Of a DNA stretch of 64,000 bases, positions 19,091 through 29,202 are shown piece by piece. The notes under the pieces are model-generated. The model saw only the letters and a program-made list of their open reading frames with translations. It ran no database searches and was not told the DNA's origin. Each line of letters starts with the position of its first letter. Position 1 is the first letter of the stretch. The stretch is from Anaerolineae bacterium. GTDB lineage: Bacteria; Chloroflexota; Anaerolineae; SpSt-313. Position numbers and translations under genes: made by a program. The DNA is taken from the NCBI GenBank assembly GCA_034428955.1, contig DAOUGZ010000024.1, forward strand, positions 5,804 to 69,803, read 5' to 3'.

Positions 19091-19130
19091 AGGGGGACTC
19101 GTGGGGGGCCTTCCCCCACGAGTCCCCGCG
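19091..19130 (+). terminator. Perfect 15-bp stem-loop (gggggactcgtggggg / cccccacgagtcccc) between the binding-protein and permease genes; likely intra-operon attenuator or mRNA stabiliser.
   Basis: Seen directly in the sequence. Confidence 0.6.
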
Positions 19131-19154
19131 GACTCCTTCAGGTTGGAGGCTACT

Positions 19155-20069
19155 ATGCTCGCAAGCCGCTGGTGGCAGGGCCTGTCGCAATCCAAACGGC
19201 GCAACATCACGGGGTATGCTTTCCTCAGCCCCTGGCTGATCGGCCTGCTCACGTTCACGCTGTTCCCCGTTGTCGCTGTTTTCGTTCTGAGCTTTACGCG
19301 CTATGGCGTGTTCGACACGCCGGCGTGGGAGGGCCTGGCCAACTATCGCAAAATCTTTGATGATCGCTACTTTTGGATCTCTCTGGGCAATACCGCCTAC
19401 TATGTCTTTCTCTCTGTACCCCTGCACGTCGCTGTCGGCTTTTTGCTGGCGCTGGGCCTGAACGCCAAGGTCCGGGGTGTGACCCTCTATCGTGCCCTCT
19501 TTTACGTGCCCTCAATCGTCCCCCAGGTGGCAGGGGTGTTGCTCTTTACTTGGCTCTTCCAGCCGCAGATCGGCCTCGTCAACTATTTGCTGCGCCTGGT
19601 GGGCATGCAGGGGCCCAACTGGCTGGGCCGCCCGGAATGGGCCAAGCCGGCCATCATCATCATGGGCATGTGGGGCGTTGGCGGCGGTATGATCGTCTAC
19701 TTGGCCGGGCTGCAGTCGATCCCGCAGCATCTGTACGAAGCGGCCGAGATTGATGGAGCCAATGAGTGGCACCAGTTCTGGGCCGTCACCGTGCCGATGA
19801 TGACGCCGACGATTTTCTTTAATGTGGTCATGGGGCTGATCAACAGCTTCCAGGTCTTTACCACGGCCTATGTGGCCACAAACGGCGGACCGATGAACTC
19901 GACCCTTTTCTACATGCTCTACCTCTACCAGATGGGCTTCCAGGAGTTCAGGTTGGGTTATGCTTCTGCGTTGGCCTGGATCCTCTTTGTACTGGTCCTG
20001 CTGCTGACCCTATTGGTCTTCCGTTCGGGGCAGTCTTGGGTCTACTACGAAGCCGGTGAGGGGAGGTAG
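19155..20069 (+). CDS. Sugar ABC-transporter permease (MalF/UgpA-like).
   Basis: ATG 19155 after GGAGG. 6-TM protein with an EAA-like loop. Confidence 0.85.
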   Translation: MLASRWWQGLSQSKRRNITGYAFLSPWLIGLLTFTLFPVVAVFVLSFTRYGVFDTPAWEGLANYRKIFDDRYFWISLGNTAYYVFLSVPLHVAVGFLLALGLNAKVRGVTLYRALFYVPSIVPQVAGVLLFTWLFQPQIGLVNYLLRLVGMQGPNWLGRPEWAKPAIIIMGMWGVGGGMIVYLAGLQSIPQHLYEAAEIDGANEWHQFWAVTVPMMTPTIFFNVVMGLINSFQVFTTAYVATNGGPMNSTLFYMLYLYQMGFQEFRLGYASALAWILFVLVLLLTLLVFRSGQSWVYYEAGEGR

Positions 20070-20071
20070 CC

Positions 20072-20968
20072 ATGGCCGATATGTACACGGTTCGCAAGGG
20101 CTCGGCTCAGAGCGGGGTCTCCTGGTTTGCGCTCAAATCGGTCCGCCGGCGCACGAAAACGGCCCTCTTGTACGTCATCCTGAGCCTGGTGGCGGCTCTG
20201 TTCTCGTTGCCGCTTGTTTGGATGCTCTCTACATCACTAAAGTCCATCCCGCAGCAGAATGCCTGGCCGCCCGTGTGGATTCCGAGCCCACTCGTCTGGC
20301 AGAACTATCCTGATGCTTTCAGCTTTTTGCCCCTGGGGCGCTATGCGCTGAACACCATTGTCATCGTCGTGCTCACGCTCATAGGCACGTTTATCTCCTG
20401 CCCCCTGGTGGCCTACGCCTTTGCTCGCATCCGCTTCAAGGGCCGTGACCCACTTTTCATTGTGCTCATTGCCACGATCATGCTGCCCGGCATCATACGG
20501 CTGATCCCAACCTACTTGATGTATCACAAGCTAGGCTGGCTGAACACTTATCTGCCCATGGTTGTGCCGGCGTTCTTTGGCAATCCCTTCTACATCTTTT
20601 TGTTGCGCCAGTATTTCCGCACCTTCCCGGAGGATCTGGCCGATGCGGCGCGGGTAGACGGCACTACGGAACTCGGCATCCTGTGGCGGATCTTTCTGCC
20701 CATGTCGGGGCCGGCCTTGGCTGTGGTGGCCATCTTTTCCTTCCAGGGGCAGTGGAATGACTTTTTCGGTCCCTTGATCTATATCAACAAGGACTCGATG
20801 CGTACCCTGGCTCTGGGGCTCTACTACTTCCGGGCTTATCAGGATACAACGAACTGGGGGCAGATGATGGCGGCCGCCTCGGCCATGACGGTCCCCGTCC
20901 TGGTCCTCTTTGCCCTCTTCCAGCGCCAGTTCATCCAGGGCGTGGCCCTCACCGGCATGAAGGGCTGA
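20072..20968 (+). CDS. Sugar ABC-transporter permease (MalG/UgpE-like).
   Basis: RBS GGGAGG. TM topology and conserved permease loop. Confidence 0.85.
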   Translation: MADMYTVRKGSAQSGVSWFALKSVRRRTKTALLYVILSLVAALFSLPLVWMLSTSLKSIPQQNAWPPVWIPSPLVWQNYPDAFSFLPLGRYALNTIVIVVLTLIGTFISCPLVAYAFARIRFKGRDPLFIVLIATIMLPGIIRLIPTYLMYHKLGWLNTYLPMVVPAFFGNPFYIFLLRQYFRTFPEDLADAARVDGTTELGILWRIFLPMSGPALAVVAIFSFQGQWNDFFGPLIYINKDSMRTLALGLYYFRAYQDTTNWGQMMAAASAMTVPVLVLFALFQRQFIQGVALTGMKG

Positions 20969-20973
20969 CCGCG

Positions 20974-22110
20974 ATGCCGGTGATGAACTCGCGCGAGCGC
21001 TTGTTGACGGCCCTGCGTGGTGGCCGGCCGGACCGCGTGCCCATTGTGGTGCGGGGGGTCAACCCCTACGCCAAGCACATGAACTGGCGCGGCGAGGCCG
21101 ACCCCAGCTACCGCCCGCTGCTCGATTTGGTGCGCGAGCACTGCGACGTGGAGCACCTCTGGAGCGCGGGGCGAGGCTTCTTTCTCAACGAGGTCGAGCT
21201 TGCGCTCACCTCCGAGGTCAAGGAGCAGGGCGGTTGGCGTACGGCCCAGCAGACGCTGCAGACGCCGCGCGGCCCGCTGACGGCCGTGCGGCAGGTCGGT
21301 CAGGACGGCTATGCCTCGCATGCTACCCTCAAGCACTGGATTGCTGAGGAGGAGGACGTCGCGCGCTTTCTCTCCCTCCCCTACGAGCCGGCCAAGCCCG
21401 ACCTGGCGCCCTATCACTCTGCCGTCGCCGAACTCGGCGAGCACGGCTACGTTCTGCCCTACCTCGATGATCCGATAGGGCTCGTACACGCCCTGCTCGG
21501 CTCCGAAACGTTGGCTATCTGGACGGTGCAGGCCCCCCATCTCTTGCAGCGGTTGCTTGCGGCCATGGCGGAGCGATTGCACGCCTACCTGCAGGCGCTC
21601 TTGGAGGCGGGGGTGCAGCCGGTGGTGGGGTTGCAGGGCGCGGAGGCCGTTCTGCCGCCCCTCGTCTCGCCGCGCCTGTTCGATGAACTGGTGCTGCGCT
21701 ACGATGCGCCACTCGTCGACCTGGCCCATCGTTACGGCTGCCTCGTGGTGATGCACTGCCACGGCCCCCTCAATGCCGTGCTGGAGCGTTTTGCCGATAT
21801 GGGCCTCGATGCGCTCCACCCCATCGAGGCCCCGCCCATGGGCGATGTGACCCTTGCCGGCGCCAAGAGCCGGATCGGCGATGCGGTGTGCCTGATGGGC
21901 AATATCCAGATCGGCGACATCATGGAGCGTGAGCGGGCCACGATCGTCGAACAGACCCGGGCAGCCGTCCGTGCCGCTGCCCCGGGCGGTGGCTTTGTGC
22001 TCACCCTCACCGCCACGCCCTTTGAGCGCGTGCTCTCGGCGCGCACTCGCGACAACTTGCAGGCCATGGTCGAGGCCGCTTTGGAATGTGGGGACTATTC
22101 TCTACTCTGA
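20974..22110 (+). CDS. Uroporphyrinogen-decarboxylase (URO-D) family protein (MtaA/HemE-like fold), function in this sugar locus unknown.
   Basis: N-terminal ..RERLLTALRGGRPDRVPI.. and overall URO-D-like pattern. Confidence 0.6.
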   Translation: MPVMNSRERLLTALRGGRPDRVPIVVRGVNPYAKHMNWRGEADPSYRPLLDLVREHCDVEHLWSAGRGFFLNEVELALTSEVKEQGGWRTAQQTLQTPRGPLTAVRQVGQDGYASHATLKHWIAEEEDVARFLSLPYEPAKPDLAPYHSAVAELGEHGYVLPYLDDPIGLVHALLGSETLAIWTVQAPHLLQRLLAAMAERLHAYLQALLEAGVQPVVGLQGAEAVLPPLVSPRLFDELVLRYDAPLVDLAHRYGCLVVMHCHGPLNAVLERFADMGLDALHPIEAPPMGDVTLAGAKSRIGDAVCLMGNIQIGDIMERERATIVEQTRAAVRAAAPGGGFVLTLTATPFERVLSARTRDNLQAMVEAALECGDYSLL

Positions 22111-22120
22111 GGAGACAAGT

Positions 22121-24586
22121 ATGCGCCCAACCGTACATATGATCGGCCAGGCCCACCTGGACCCCGTCTGGCTCTGGTGCCGGAGCGAGGGCCGGGCGGA
22201 GGCCCTGGCGACCAGCCGCTCCGCCGTCGACCGGCTGCGCGAGTACCCCGGCTTTCACTATACCCGTGGCGAGGCTCAGATCTATGAGTGGATCGAGGAG
22301 GAGTGCCCCGAGCTGTTCGCCGAGATCTGCGAGCTGATCCGTGCCGGGCGCTGGCACGTGGTCAACGGCATGATCGTCCAGCCGGACATGAACTTGCCGC
22401 AGGGCGAGTCCTTCGTCCGCCAGGCGCTCCTGGCCAAGCGCTACTTGCAGCAAAAGCTCGGCGTCGACGTGCGCATCGCCTACTGCGTGGACTCGTTCGG
22501 GCACGCCGGCACGCTGCCGCAGATCCTCAAAAAGTGCGGTTTCGACTACTATGTCTTTATGCGCCCCCAGGCCCACGAGAAGGACCTGCCCGCCCAGGCC
22601 TTTTGGTGGGAGGCGCCGGACGGCTCGCGCCTGCTCGCCTACCGTATTGCCGGGGCGTATCATTCGGCGCGAGTATCGATCGAGCAACACATCGGTCGCG
22701 CCCTGGAGGCCAAGCCGCCCCAACTCGCCGATACCATGTGCTTCTTTGGCGTCGGCAACCACGGCGGCGGGCCGACCAAGGCGCAGATCGAGGAGGTCCT
22801 GGCGCTGGCTCAGGCCCGCGACGATGTGGAAATCCGCTTCGACCATCCCCAGGCCTACTTTGACGCCATCGCCCCCCAGGCCGGCGAGTTGCCCGTCGTG
22901 GCCGATGAGCTCCAGTTCCACGCTGCCGGCTGCTACTCGGTGAACAGCGCCCTCAAGCGCGCCCACCGCCGCGCCGAGTGCGCCCTGCTCCTGGCCGAGC
23001 GCATGGCCGTGCTGGCCGAATGCTGGACGGGCCGCCCCCCCGACCGCGACGCCCTGCGCCGCCTCTGGCACGACGTGGCCTTTAACCAGTTCCACGACAT
23101 CCTGCCCGGCTCCAGCATCAAAGAGGCCGAAGACGAGGCCATCATGGCCTTTGACCGCGCCACCCTCGGCGCGCGCGAGCTGGCCAACACGGCCGGCCGG
23201 CTGATCGGCGCGCGGGTCGATACCCGCGGCCCGGGCAGCACCGTCCTGCTCTTCAATCCCTTCCCCTATGCGCGGCAGGAGTACGTCGAGTACGAGCCCT
23301 GGACCGACTGGCAGCGCTGGAAGCCCTTTGGCTGGGGGCTGGTGGATGAAGCGGGCGTGCCCGTGCCGCACCAGACGGTCGAGCCCCATTCGGCCACGAG
23401 CCGCGACGACCGGGGCATCGATCGCTTGGTCTTCCGCGCCGAGCTGCCGCCCCTCGGCTACCGTCTCTACCGCTTTGCGCCGGGGTTGCCGGTGGCCGCG
23501 GCCGAGGTGGAGGGCGGCGCCGTGCGGGCCTCCGCGCAGGGGTTGGAGAACGACCTCGTCGCCTTCCGGCTGGACCCGGCAACGGGCGCCATCGCCTCGT
23601 GTGTGGACAAGGCGACCGGCATCGAGTTGGTGGGCGCGGGGCGCTGGAACGTGGCCCAGGTGCTGGAGGATACGAGCGACACCTGGTCGCACGGGGTGCG
23701 CGAGTTCGGCCCCGTCGTGGGCGAGTTCGGCCGGCCCACGGTGACCGTGGGCGACGAGGGCCCCTTGCAGGCTTCGCTCTTTGTCGAGCGCTCGTGGGAG
23801 GGGAGTACGTGGCTGCAGCAGCTCGTGCTGCGCGCCGGCGAGCGGGAGCTGCTGGTGCGCAACTGGTTGCACTGGCAGGGCCGCTGGCGCATGGTCAAGC
23901 TGGCCTTTGATGTGGCCGTGAGCGAGCCGGAGGGCTATCGCGACGTGCCCTTTGGCGCCTTCCGCGCACCCGATGACGGCGCAGAGACACCCCTGCAGAT
24001 GTGGCTGGATGTGAGTGGTTTTTCTGCCCCGCCCGAGGGAGAGCGGGCTATGGCGGGGTTGGCTGTCCTGAACGACGGCAAGTACGCCGGCGATGTGTGC
24101 GGCTCGACCCTGCGCCTGACCATCCTGCGCTGCCCGCCCTACGCCTACCACATCCCCCACGTGCCCGGCAGCAAGCAGCGCTACGACTGGGTGGACCAGG
24201 GCCTGCAAGAGTTCAGCCTCATCCTGCGGCCGCACCTGGGGAGCTGGCGCGAGGCGGGGGTTGTGCGCCGGGCGCGGGAGCTGAACCTGCCCGTCTTGCC
24301 GGTGACGATGTACGCCCACCCGGGCGAGCTGCCGGCGGCGCACAGCGCGGCGCGCCTGGAGGGCGACGAGTTGGAACTGACGGCACTCAAGCCGGCGGAG
24401 GACGGCGACGGCTACATCGTGCGCATCGCCGACCGGCACGGCTATGGCGGGGTGGGCGAGTTGGTCTGGCAGGGCGAGCGAGTGCCCTTGGCCTGCAAGT
24501 CGTGGGAGGTGCTCACCCTGCGCCTGGTGCAGCGCGACGGCCGCTGGCGCGCCCTGCCCTGCGACATGATCGAACGGCCGGTTTGA
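22121..24586 (+). CDS. GH38 alpha-mannosidase.
   Basis: ATG 22121 after GAGGAG. HMIGQAHLDPVWLW GH38 N-terminal motif. ~820 aa. Confidence 0.8.
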   Translation: MRPTVHMIGQAHLDPVWLWCRSEGRAEALATSRSAVDRLREYPGFHYTRGEAQIYEWIEEECPELFAEICELIRAGRWHVVNGMIVQPDMNLPQGESFVRQALLAKRYLQQKLGVDVRIAYCVDSFGHAGTLPQILKKCGFDYYVFMRPQAHEKDLPAQAFWWEAPDGSRLLAYRIAGAYHSARVSIEQHIGRALEAKPPQLADTMCFFGVGNHGGGPTKAQIEEVLALAQARDDVEIRFDHPQAYFDAIAPQAGELPVVADELQFHAAGCYSVNSALKRAHRRAECALLLAERMAVLAECWTGRPPDRDALRRLWHDVAFNQFHDILPGSSIKEAEDEAIMAFDRATLGARELANTAGRLIGARVDTRGPGSTVLLFNPFPYARQEYVEYEPWTDWQRWKPFGWGLVDEAGVPVPHQTVEPHSATSRDDRGIDRLVFRAELPPLGYRLYRFAPGLPVAAAEVEGGAVRASAQGLENDLVAFRLDPATGAIASCVDKATGIELVGAGRWNVAQVLEDTSDTWSHGVREFGPVVGEFGRPTVTVGDEGPLQASLFVERSWEGSTWLQQLVLRAGERELLVRNWLHWQGRWRMVKLAFDVAVSEPEGYRDVPFGAFRAPDDGAETPLQMWLDVSGFSAPPEGERAMAGLAVLNDGKYAGDVCGSTLRLTILRCPPYAYHIPHVPGSKQRYDWVDQGLQEFSLILRPHLGSWREAGVVRRARELNLPVLPVTMYAHPGELPAAHSAARLEGDELELTALKPAEDGDGYIVRIADRHGYGGVGELVWQGERVPLACKSWEVLTLRLVQRDGRWRALPCDMIERPV

Positions 24587-24628
24587 TGGCCATTCACCCC
24601 GAGGGTCGTGCGGGGCGCTCCCCCCCTT

Positions 24629-26341
24629 CTAAGAGCCGGCGAAGAGCGAGGTATACTCAAAGCGGCAGACATCGACCGGCCCACGGTCTGTGAGCTTGAG
24701 CGCGAGGATGACGGGCAGCGCCAGGAAGGAGAGGCTCATGAAGGGGTCTGGCAATGGGCAGCCCAGGGCGCAGGTCACCGCCAAGAGTTCCTCGAGCTGC
24801 GCCGCCACCGCTTCCAGCGGCTGAGGCGACATCAGCCCGGCAATCGGCAGGGGCACGGCCCCACGGACCTCGCCATCCGCCGCCACCACCAGGCCGCCGC
24901 CCAGGCTGATGACGTGCCGGACGGCAGCCAGCATGTCCGCATCGTTGGCCCCGGCGACGATGATGTTGTGCGAGTCGTGCGCCACCGAGGCGGCGATGGC
25001 CCCCTGGCGCAGGCCCAGCCCACGGACAAAGCCCAGGCCGACGCGGCCGGAAGCCAGGTGCCGCTCCACCACGGCCAGCTTGAGGATGTCGCGCTGTACA
25101 TCGGCCACCGCCTCGCCGTTCTCCTGCCGCACAGGCAGCAGCAGCTTGTCCGTGACGATCTGCCCAGGGCGCAGGCCGATCACCCAGGCCTGCGAGCCCG
25201 TCGCCGGCACACGGAAAGAGTCCTCATCCGGCGGGCGCGCATTCATCGTGCTGCGAACGGGCGGCGGCGCGGCGAGGCGCAAGCTCGGTAATAGCGCCCC
25301 ATCGCGGGCTACGAGGCGGCCATGGCGCAGGACCATCTCGGCACGGATGTCCTGCAGGTCGCTCAAGACGACCAGATCGGCCCTGCGCCCAGGCGCCACG
25401 GCTCCCTGGTCGTGCAGGCGAAAGTACTCGGCGGGGTTGATCGTGGCCATGCGAATAGCCGTGATGGGGTCCAGCCCGGCGCCCACAGCCTCGCGCAGGA
25501 GATGATCTATGTGCCCCTCGCGCAACAGGTCGAGGGGATGGCGGTCGTCGGTCACAAACAGGCAGCGGCGCGCATTGTGCGCGTTCACCAGGGGGAGGAG
25601 GTCGTGCAGATTGCGGGCGGCCGAGCCCTCGCGAATCATGATGTGCAGGCCGAGGCGTAGCTTTTCCTGCGCTTCGGCGACCGTCGTGCACTCGTGGTCC
25701 GACCCGATGCCGCCGGCCACATAGGCGTTCAGGTCCTTGCCGGAAAGCCCGGGCGCGTGCCCATCGATCGGCCGGCCGGCGGCGGCCTCGATCTTGGCCA
25801 TCACCTCCGGCTCGGTCGAGAGCACGCCGGGGTAGTTCATCATCTCCGCCAAGCCCAGGACCCACTTGTCCGCCAGGAGGGGGAGTATATCCTCGGCGGA
25901 GAGCTGGGCGCCGGTCGTCTCCAGGTTTGTCGGCGGGACGGCCGAAGGCGCCATCACATAGACGCTGAGCGGGTTGTGCTTGCTCGCCTCCAGCATGTAG
26001 CGCACGCCGGCCAGGCCAAGGACGTTGGCAATCTCGTGCGGGTCGGCGATGACGGTGGTGGTGCCCAGAGGTACGACGGCACGGGCGAACTCAGGCACGG
26101 CCAGCATGCTGCTTTCGATGTGCACGTGCCCGTCGATAAAGCCGGGGCAAACGTAGCGCCCCGCGAGGTCGATCTCGTCGCGGGCGCGATATTCGCCCAG
26201 CCCGGCGATGTAGGAGTGGGCAATAGCCACATCGGCAGCGAACACATCCCCCGAGAAGACATCCACTACCCGCGCATTCCTGAGGACCAGCTCCGCCTCA
26301 GCCTCGCCGCGCGCCACGCGGATTAACTCTTCCTGCAGCAT
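24629..26341 (-). CDS. ade: Adenine deaminase.
   Basis: CPGFIDGHVHIESS metal-binding motif. 570 aa amidohydrolase. Confidence 0.85.
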   Translation of the reverse strand: MLQEELIRVARGEAEAELVLRNARVVDVFSGDVFAADVAIAHSYIAGLGEYRARDEIDLAGRYVCPGFIDGHVHIESSMLAVPEFARAVVPLGTTTVIADPHEIANVLGLAGVRYMLEASKHNPLSVYVMAPSAVPPTNLETTGAQLSAEDILPLLADKWVLGLAEMMNYPGVLSTEPEVMAKIEAAAGRPIDGHAPGLSGKDLNAYVAGGIGSDHECTTVAEAQEKLRLGLHIMIREGSAARNLHDLLPLVNAHNARRCLFVTDDRHPLDLLREGHIDHLLREAVGAGLDPITAIRMATINPAEYFRLHDQGAVAPGRRADLVVLSDLQDIRAEMVLRHGRLVARDGALLPSLRLAAPPPVRSTMNARPPDEDSFRVPATGSQAWVIGLRPGQIVTDKLLLPVRQENGEAVADVQRDILKLAVVERHLASGRVGLGFVRGLGLRQGAIAASVAHDSHNIIVAGANDADMLAAVRHVISLGGGLVVAADGEVRGAVPLPIAGLMSPQPLEAVAAQLEELLAVTCALGCPLPDPFMSLSFLALPVILALKLTDRGPVDVCRFEYTSLFAGS

Positions 26342-26433
26342 GGCCGTCAGGGTCAGCCTCCTTCACTTTTCAACATTATATCATAGCTGTCGGGCCGCAA
26401 CAAGGGCTTGCCGGGCGCTCAACCTTTGGCCCC

Positions 26434-26461
26434 TTGACAGGCAACCGCCAATCGCTATATG
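26434..26461 (+). promoter_or_regulatory. Sigma70-like promoter (TTGACA - 16 nt - TATATG) upstream of the PEP-utilising gene.
   Basis: cttgacaggcaaccgccaatcgctatatgat. Confidence 0.45.
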
Positions 26462-26513
26462 ATGAAGCGGTCCAGCTATTCTTGGAGGGGATCAAGACGT
26501 GAAGGAAACCGGC

Positions 26514-29100
26514 ATGATACGCTATATCCTTTCTCTCTCTGACCCAGACGCCACCCTGGAAAACGTCGGCGGCAAGGGCATGTCGCTGGCCCGGATGCTG
26601 CATGCGGGGCTACCCGTGCCAGACGGCTTTCACGTCACGACACAGGCCTACCGCCGCTTCGTTGCCGAGAACGGGATTCAGGTTCGGATACGGCAGGAAC
26701 TCGAGGGAGCGGACCCGGCCGATCCGGCCACGCTCGAGGCGGCTTCCGAGCGCATCCGCGCTGCTTTCGCTGCAGGCACCACCCCACCCGAGATCGTCGC
26801 GGCTGTTGCAGCGGCCTATGAGGCGTTGCAGAACACTCCGGTTGCCGTGCGCTCATCGGCCACCGCCGAGGACCTGCCCGGTGCTTCTTTTGCCGGCCAG
26901 CAAGAGACCTATCTCAACATTCGCGGCAGCGATGCTGTTCTAGACGCCGTGAAAAAGTGCTGGGCGTCGCTGTGGACGGCGCGAGCCATCGCCTATCGCC
27001 TCAAGAACAACATCGAGCAAGACAGCGTCGCCCTGGCGGTGGTGGTTCAGGAATTGGTTTTGGCCGATGCCGCCGGGATCATGTTCACGGCCAACCCGTT
27101 GAACGGCAAGCGCGATGAACTGGCCATCAACGCCGCCTGGGGCCTGGGCGAGGCGATCGTCTCGGGCGCGGTGACTCCGGATACGATCACCATCAGCAAA
27201 GCCACGGGGCGGGTGCTTGCCCAGGAGACGGCAGAAAAGGCGCTGATGACCGTGCGTACGGAGCAGGGCACCCGCGAGGTCCCCGTGCCTGCATCGCAGC
27301 GGAAAAAGGCCGTGCTCAGCAAGGCGCAGACGGCCGAGCTGGCGCGCCTGGGGGTAGCCATCGAGCGGCTGTACGAGATGCCCATGGATGTCGAATGGGC
27401 GCTGGCGGGCGGCCGGTTCCATATCGTGCAGGCCCGCCCTATTACCGCGCTGCCCGAGCCCCCCCGTGGAGTGGAATCGCCCCGACCCAACTGCCGTCTA
27501 TGCGCGCGGCAGCCTGGCGGAACACATTCCATCCCCTGTCACCCCGCTGTTTGCGACCCTGGGGCTGGAAATTGCCAACCGGGCCACTCAACGGATGTGG
27601 GATCGACTGATAGGCAAGGGCGCCCGGAGCCTGGTAGCGGGTGACGGGTTCTATGTGCCCATCAACGGCTATGTGTTCGGCGGAATCCACATGCGCGGTA
27701 GGCACCTGTTGGCGGTCATCAGCATGTCTATCCGGCAGGTCCCCCTCATATTCCGTGGCAGCGTGGCGCGCTGGCAGGCCGCTCGCCGGGTATTCGCCTC
27801 TGTGGTCGAGGAATGGGAACGGAAACCGATCGAGTCCCTATCGGCTACCGAGTTACTGGCAGGCGTGCGCACCGTCTTTGGTGCCGCCTGCCGCTACTTT
27901 ACCGAGATCCAGACGACCCTGCCCGCCGCATCGAGCAGCGAGGTGCTCTTCGCCCGGCTGTACGACAGGCTGATCCGCCGCAAGCAGGACCCCCCAGCCG
28001 CAACCTTCCTGCTCGGCTCTGATACGGCCGCCTTGCGGGCCGAAAAGTCTCTGTTCGACATCGCCGAGTGGATGAGAGGCAATCCGCCTCTGGCCGGCTA
28101 TGCCCTGCAAACCCCAACCGAGAAGCTGGAGACCGATCTGGGGCAGGAGGCGCCTCCGGAGGGGCTCTCTGCCGACCTGTGGGCCGAGTGGCGACGGCGC
28201 TTCCGTCGCCACCTGGACGAGTTCGGCCGCACAGCGTACGAGTTCGATTTCGCCCAGCCCACGCCGCAGGAAACGCCCGGCCCCATGCTGGACGCCATCA
28301 AGGGCTTTCTCGCCGGCAAGGCCGGCAGCCCCTACTGTCGCCAGCGTGAAGCCATCGCAAAGCGGGAGCAGGCCACGCAGGCCGTGCTCGAGCGGGTCGG
28401 CTGGCCGCGCAAGGGCTGGTTCCTCAAGCTGCTGCGCTGGGCGCAGGATACGGCGCCGATGCGTGAAGACAGCATCTTTGACATGGGCATGGGCCACCCG
28501 CTGATTCGCCGCATGCTGGCCGAGCTCGGGCGCCGCATGGTTGCCGGCGGAGCCATCGCTCAGGCCGGGGACATCTACTGGCTCGAAAAGGCGGAAGTGG
28601 AAGAACTGGCCACCGCCCTCGCCAACGGCAACCCGCTGCCCGACCTGACTGGGCGCGTCCCGCCGCGCAAGGAGCAGTGGCAGTCCGCGCTCAAGATCAG
28701 CCCGCCGGTCATGCTGCCGGAGAAATCGGGCTGGTCCAAGCTGGTGCACGGCGCGGAGGCCGAGAAGAAGAACGGCAAGGTCGTGTTGAAAGGCGTGGGT
28801 ACCAGCGGCGGCCGCGTCACGGCTCCGGCCTGCGTGGTGTTCGGCCCGGAGGATTTCGGCCGGCTCAAGCCCGGCGATGTGCTGGTGGCCGTCACCACCA
28901 CGCCGGCCTGGACCCCGCTGTTCGCGCTGGCCTCGGCGGTGGTCACCGATATCGGCGGGCCGCTCAGCCATAGCAGCATCGTCGCCCGCGAGTACGCCAT
29001 CCCGGCGGTGATGGCCGCCCGGGGTGCGACCCGTTCCCTCCGCAGTGGGCAGGTGGTCACGGTAGATGGGAACGCAGGGACGGTGACCCTGGAGGATTAG
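26514..29100 (+). pseudogene. PEP-utilising enzyme (rifampicin phosphotransferase / PEP synthase-like; ATP-grasp N-terminus plus C-terminal phospho-His mobile domain). Split into two frames by a +1 frameshift in a C7 tract at 27459-27465.
   Basis: ORFs 26499..27644 and 27388..29100. Removing one C restores ..PITALPEPPVEWNRPDP... N-terminus MIRYILSL..VGGKGMSLA; C-terminus ..GGPLSHSSIVAREYAIPAV... Confidence 0.7.
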
Positions 29101-29133
29101 CCCCTGGGTGCGCCTCAAAAGACATAGAGTTAG

Positions 29134-29162
29134 TTGACTCCTTTTCCACTGCCCTTTATACT
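29134..29162 (+). promoter_or_regulatory. Sigma70-like promoter TTGACT - 17 nt - TATACT.
   Basis: gttgactccttttccactgccctttatact, ~40 nt upstream of ATG 29203. Confidence 0.5.
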
Positions 29163-29202
29163 ATGATCTGATCGGCCGGCAGGTTTGGTTCATGGAGGAA
29201 CG

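Noticed and set aside
21181-21215. Sequence gtcgagcttgcgctcacctccgaggtc resembling the conserved motif core.
   Set aside because: Lies inside the URO-D-like coding region, lacks the CCTTGC..CAAGG dyad, and is probably coincidental.
26410-26425. gctcaacctttggcccc as a fifth copy of the conserved element.
   Set aside because: Only the 5' flank (gctcaacctt) matches and the palindromic core is absent; mentioned as uncertain only.
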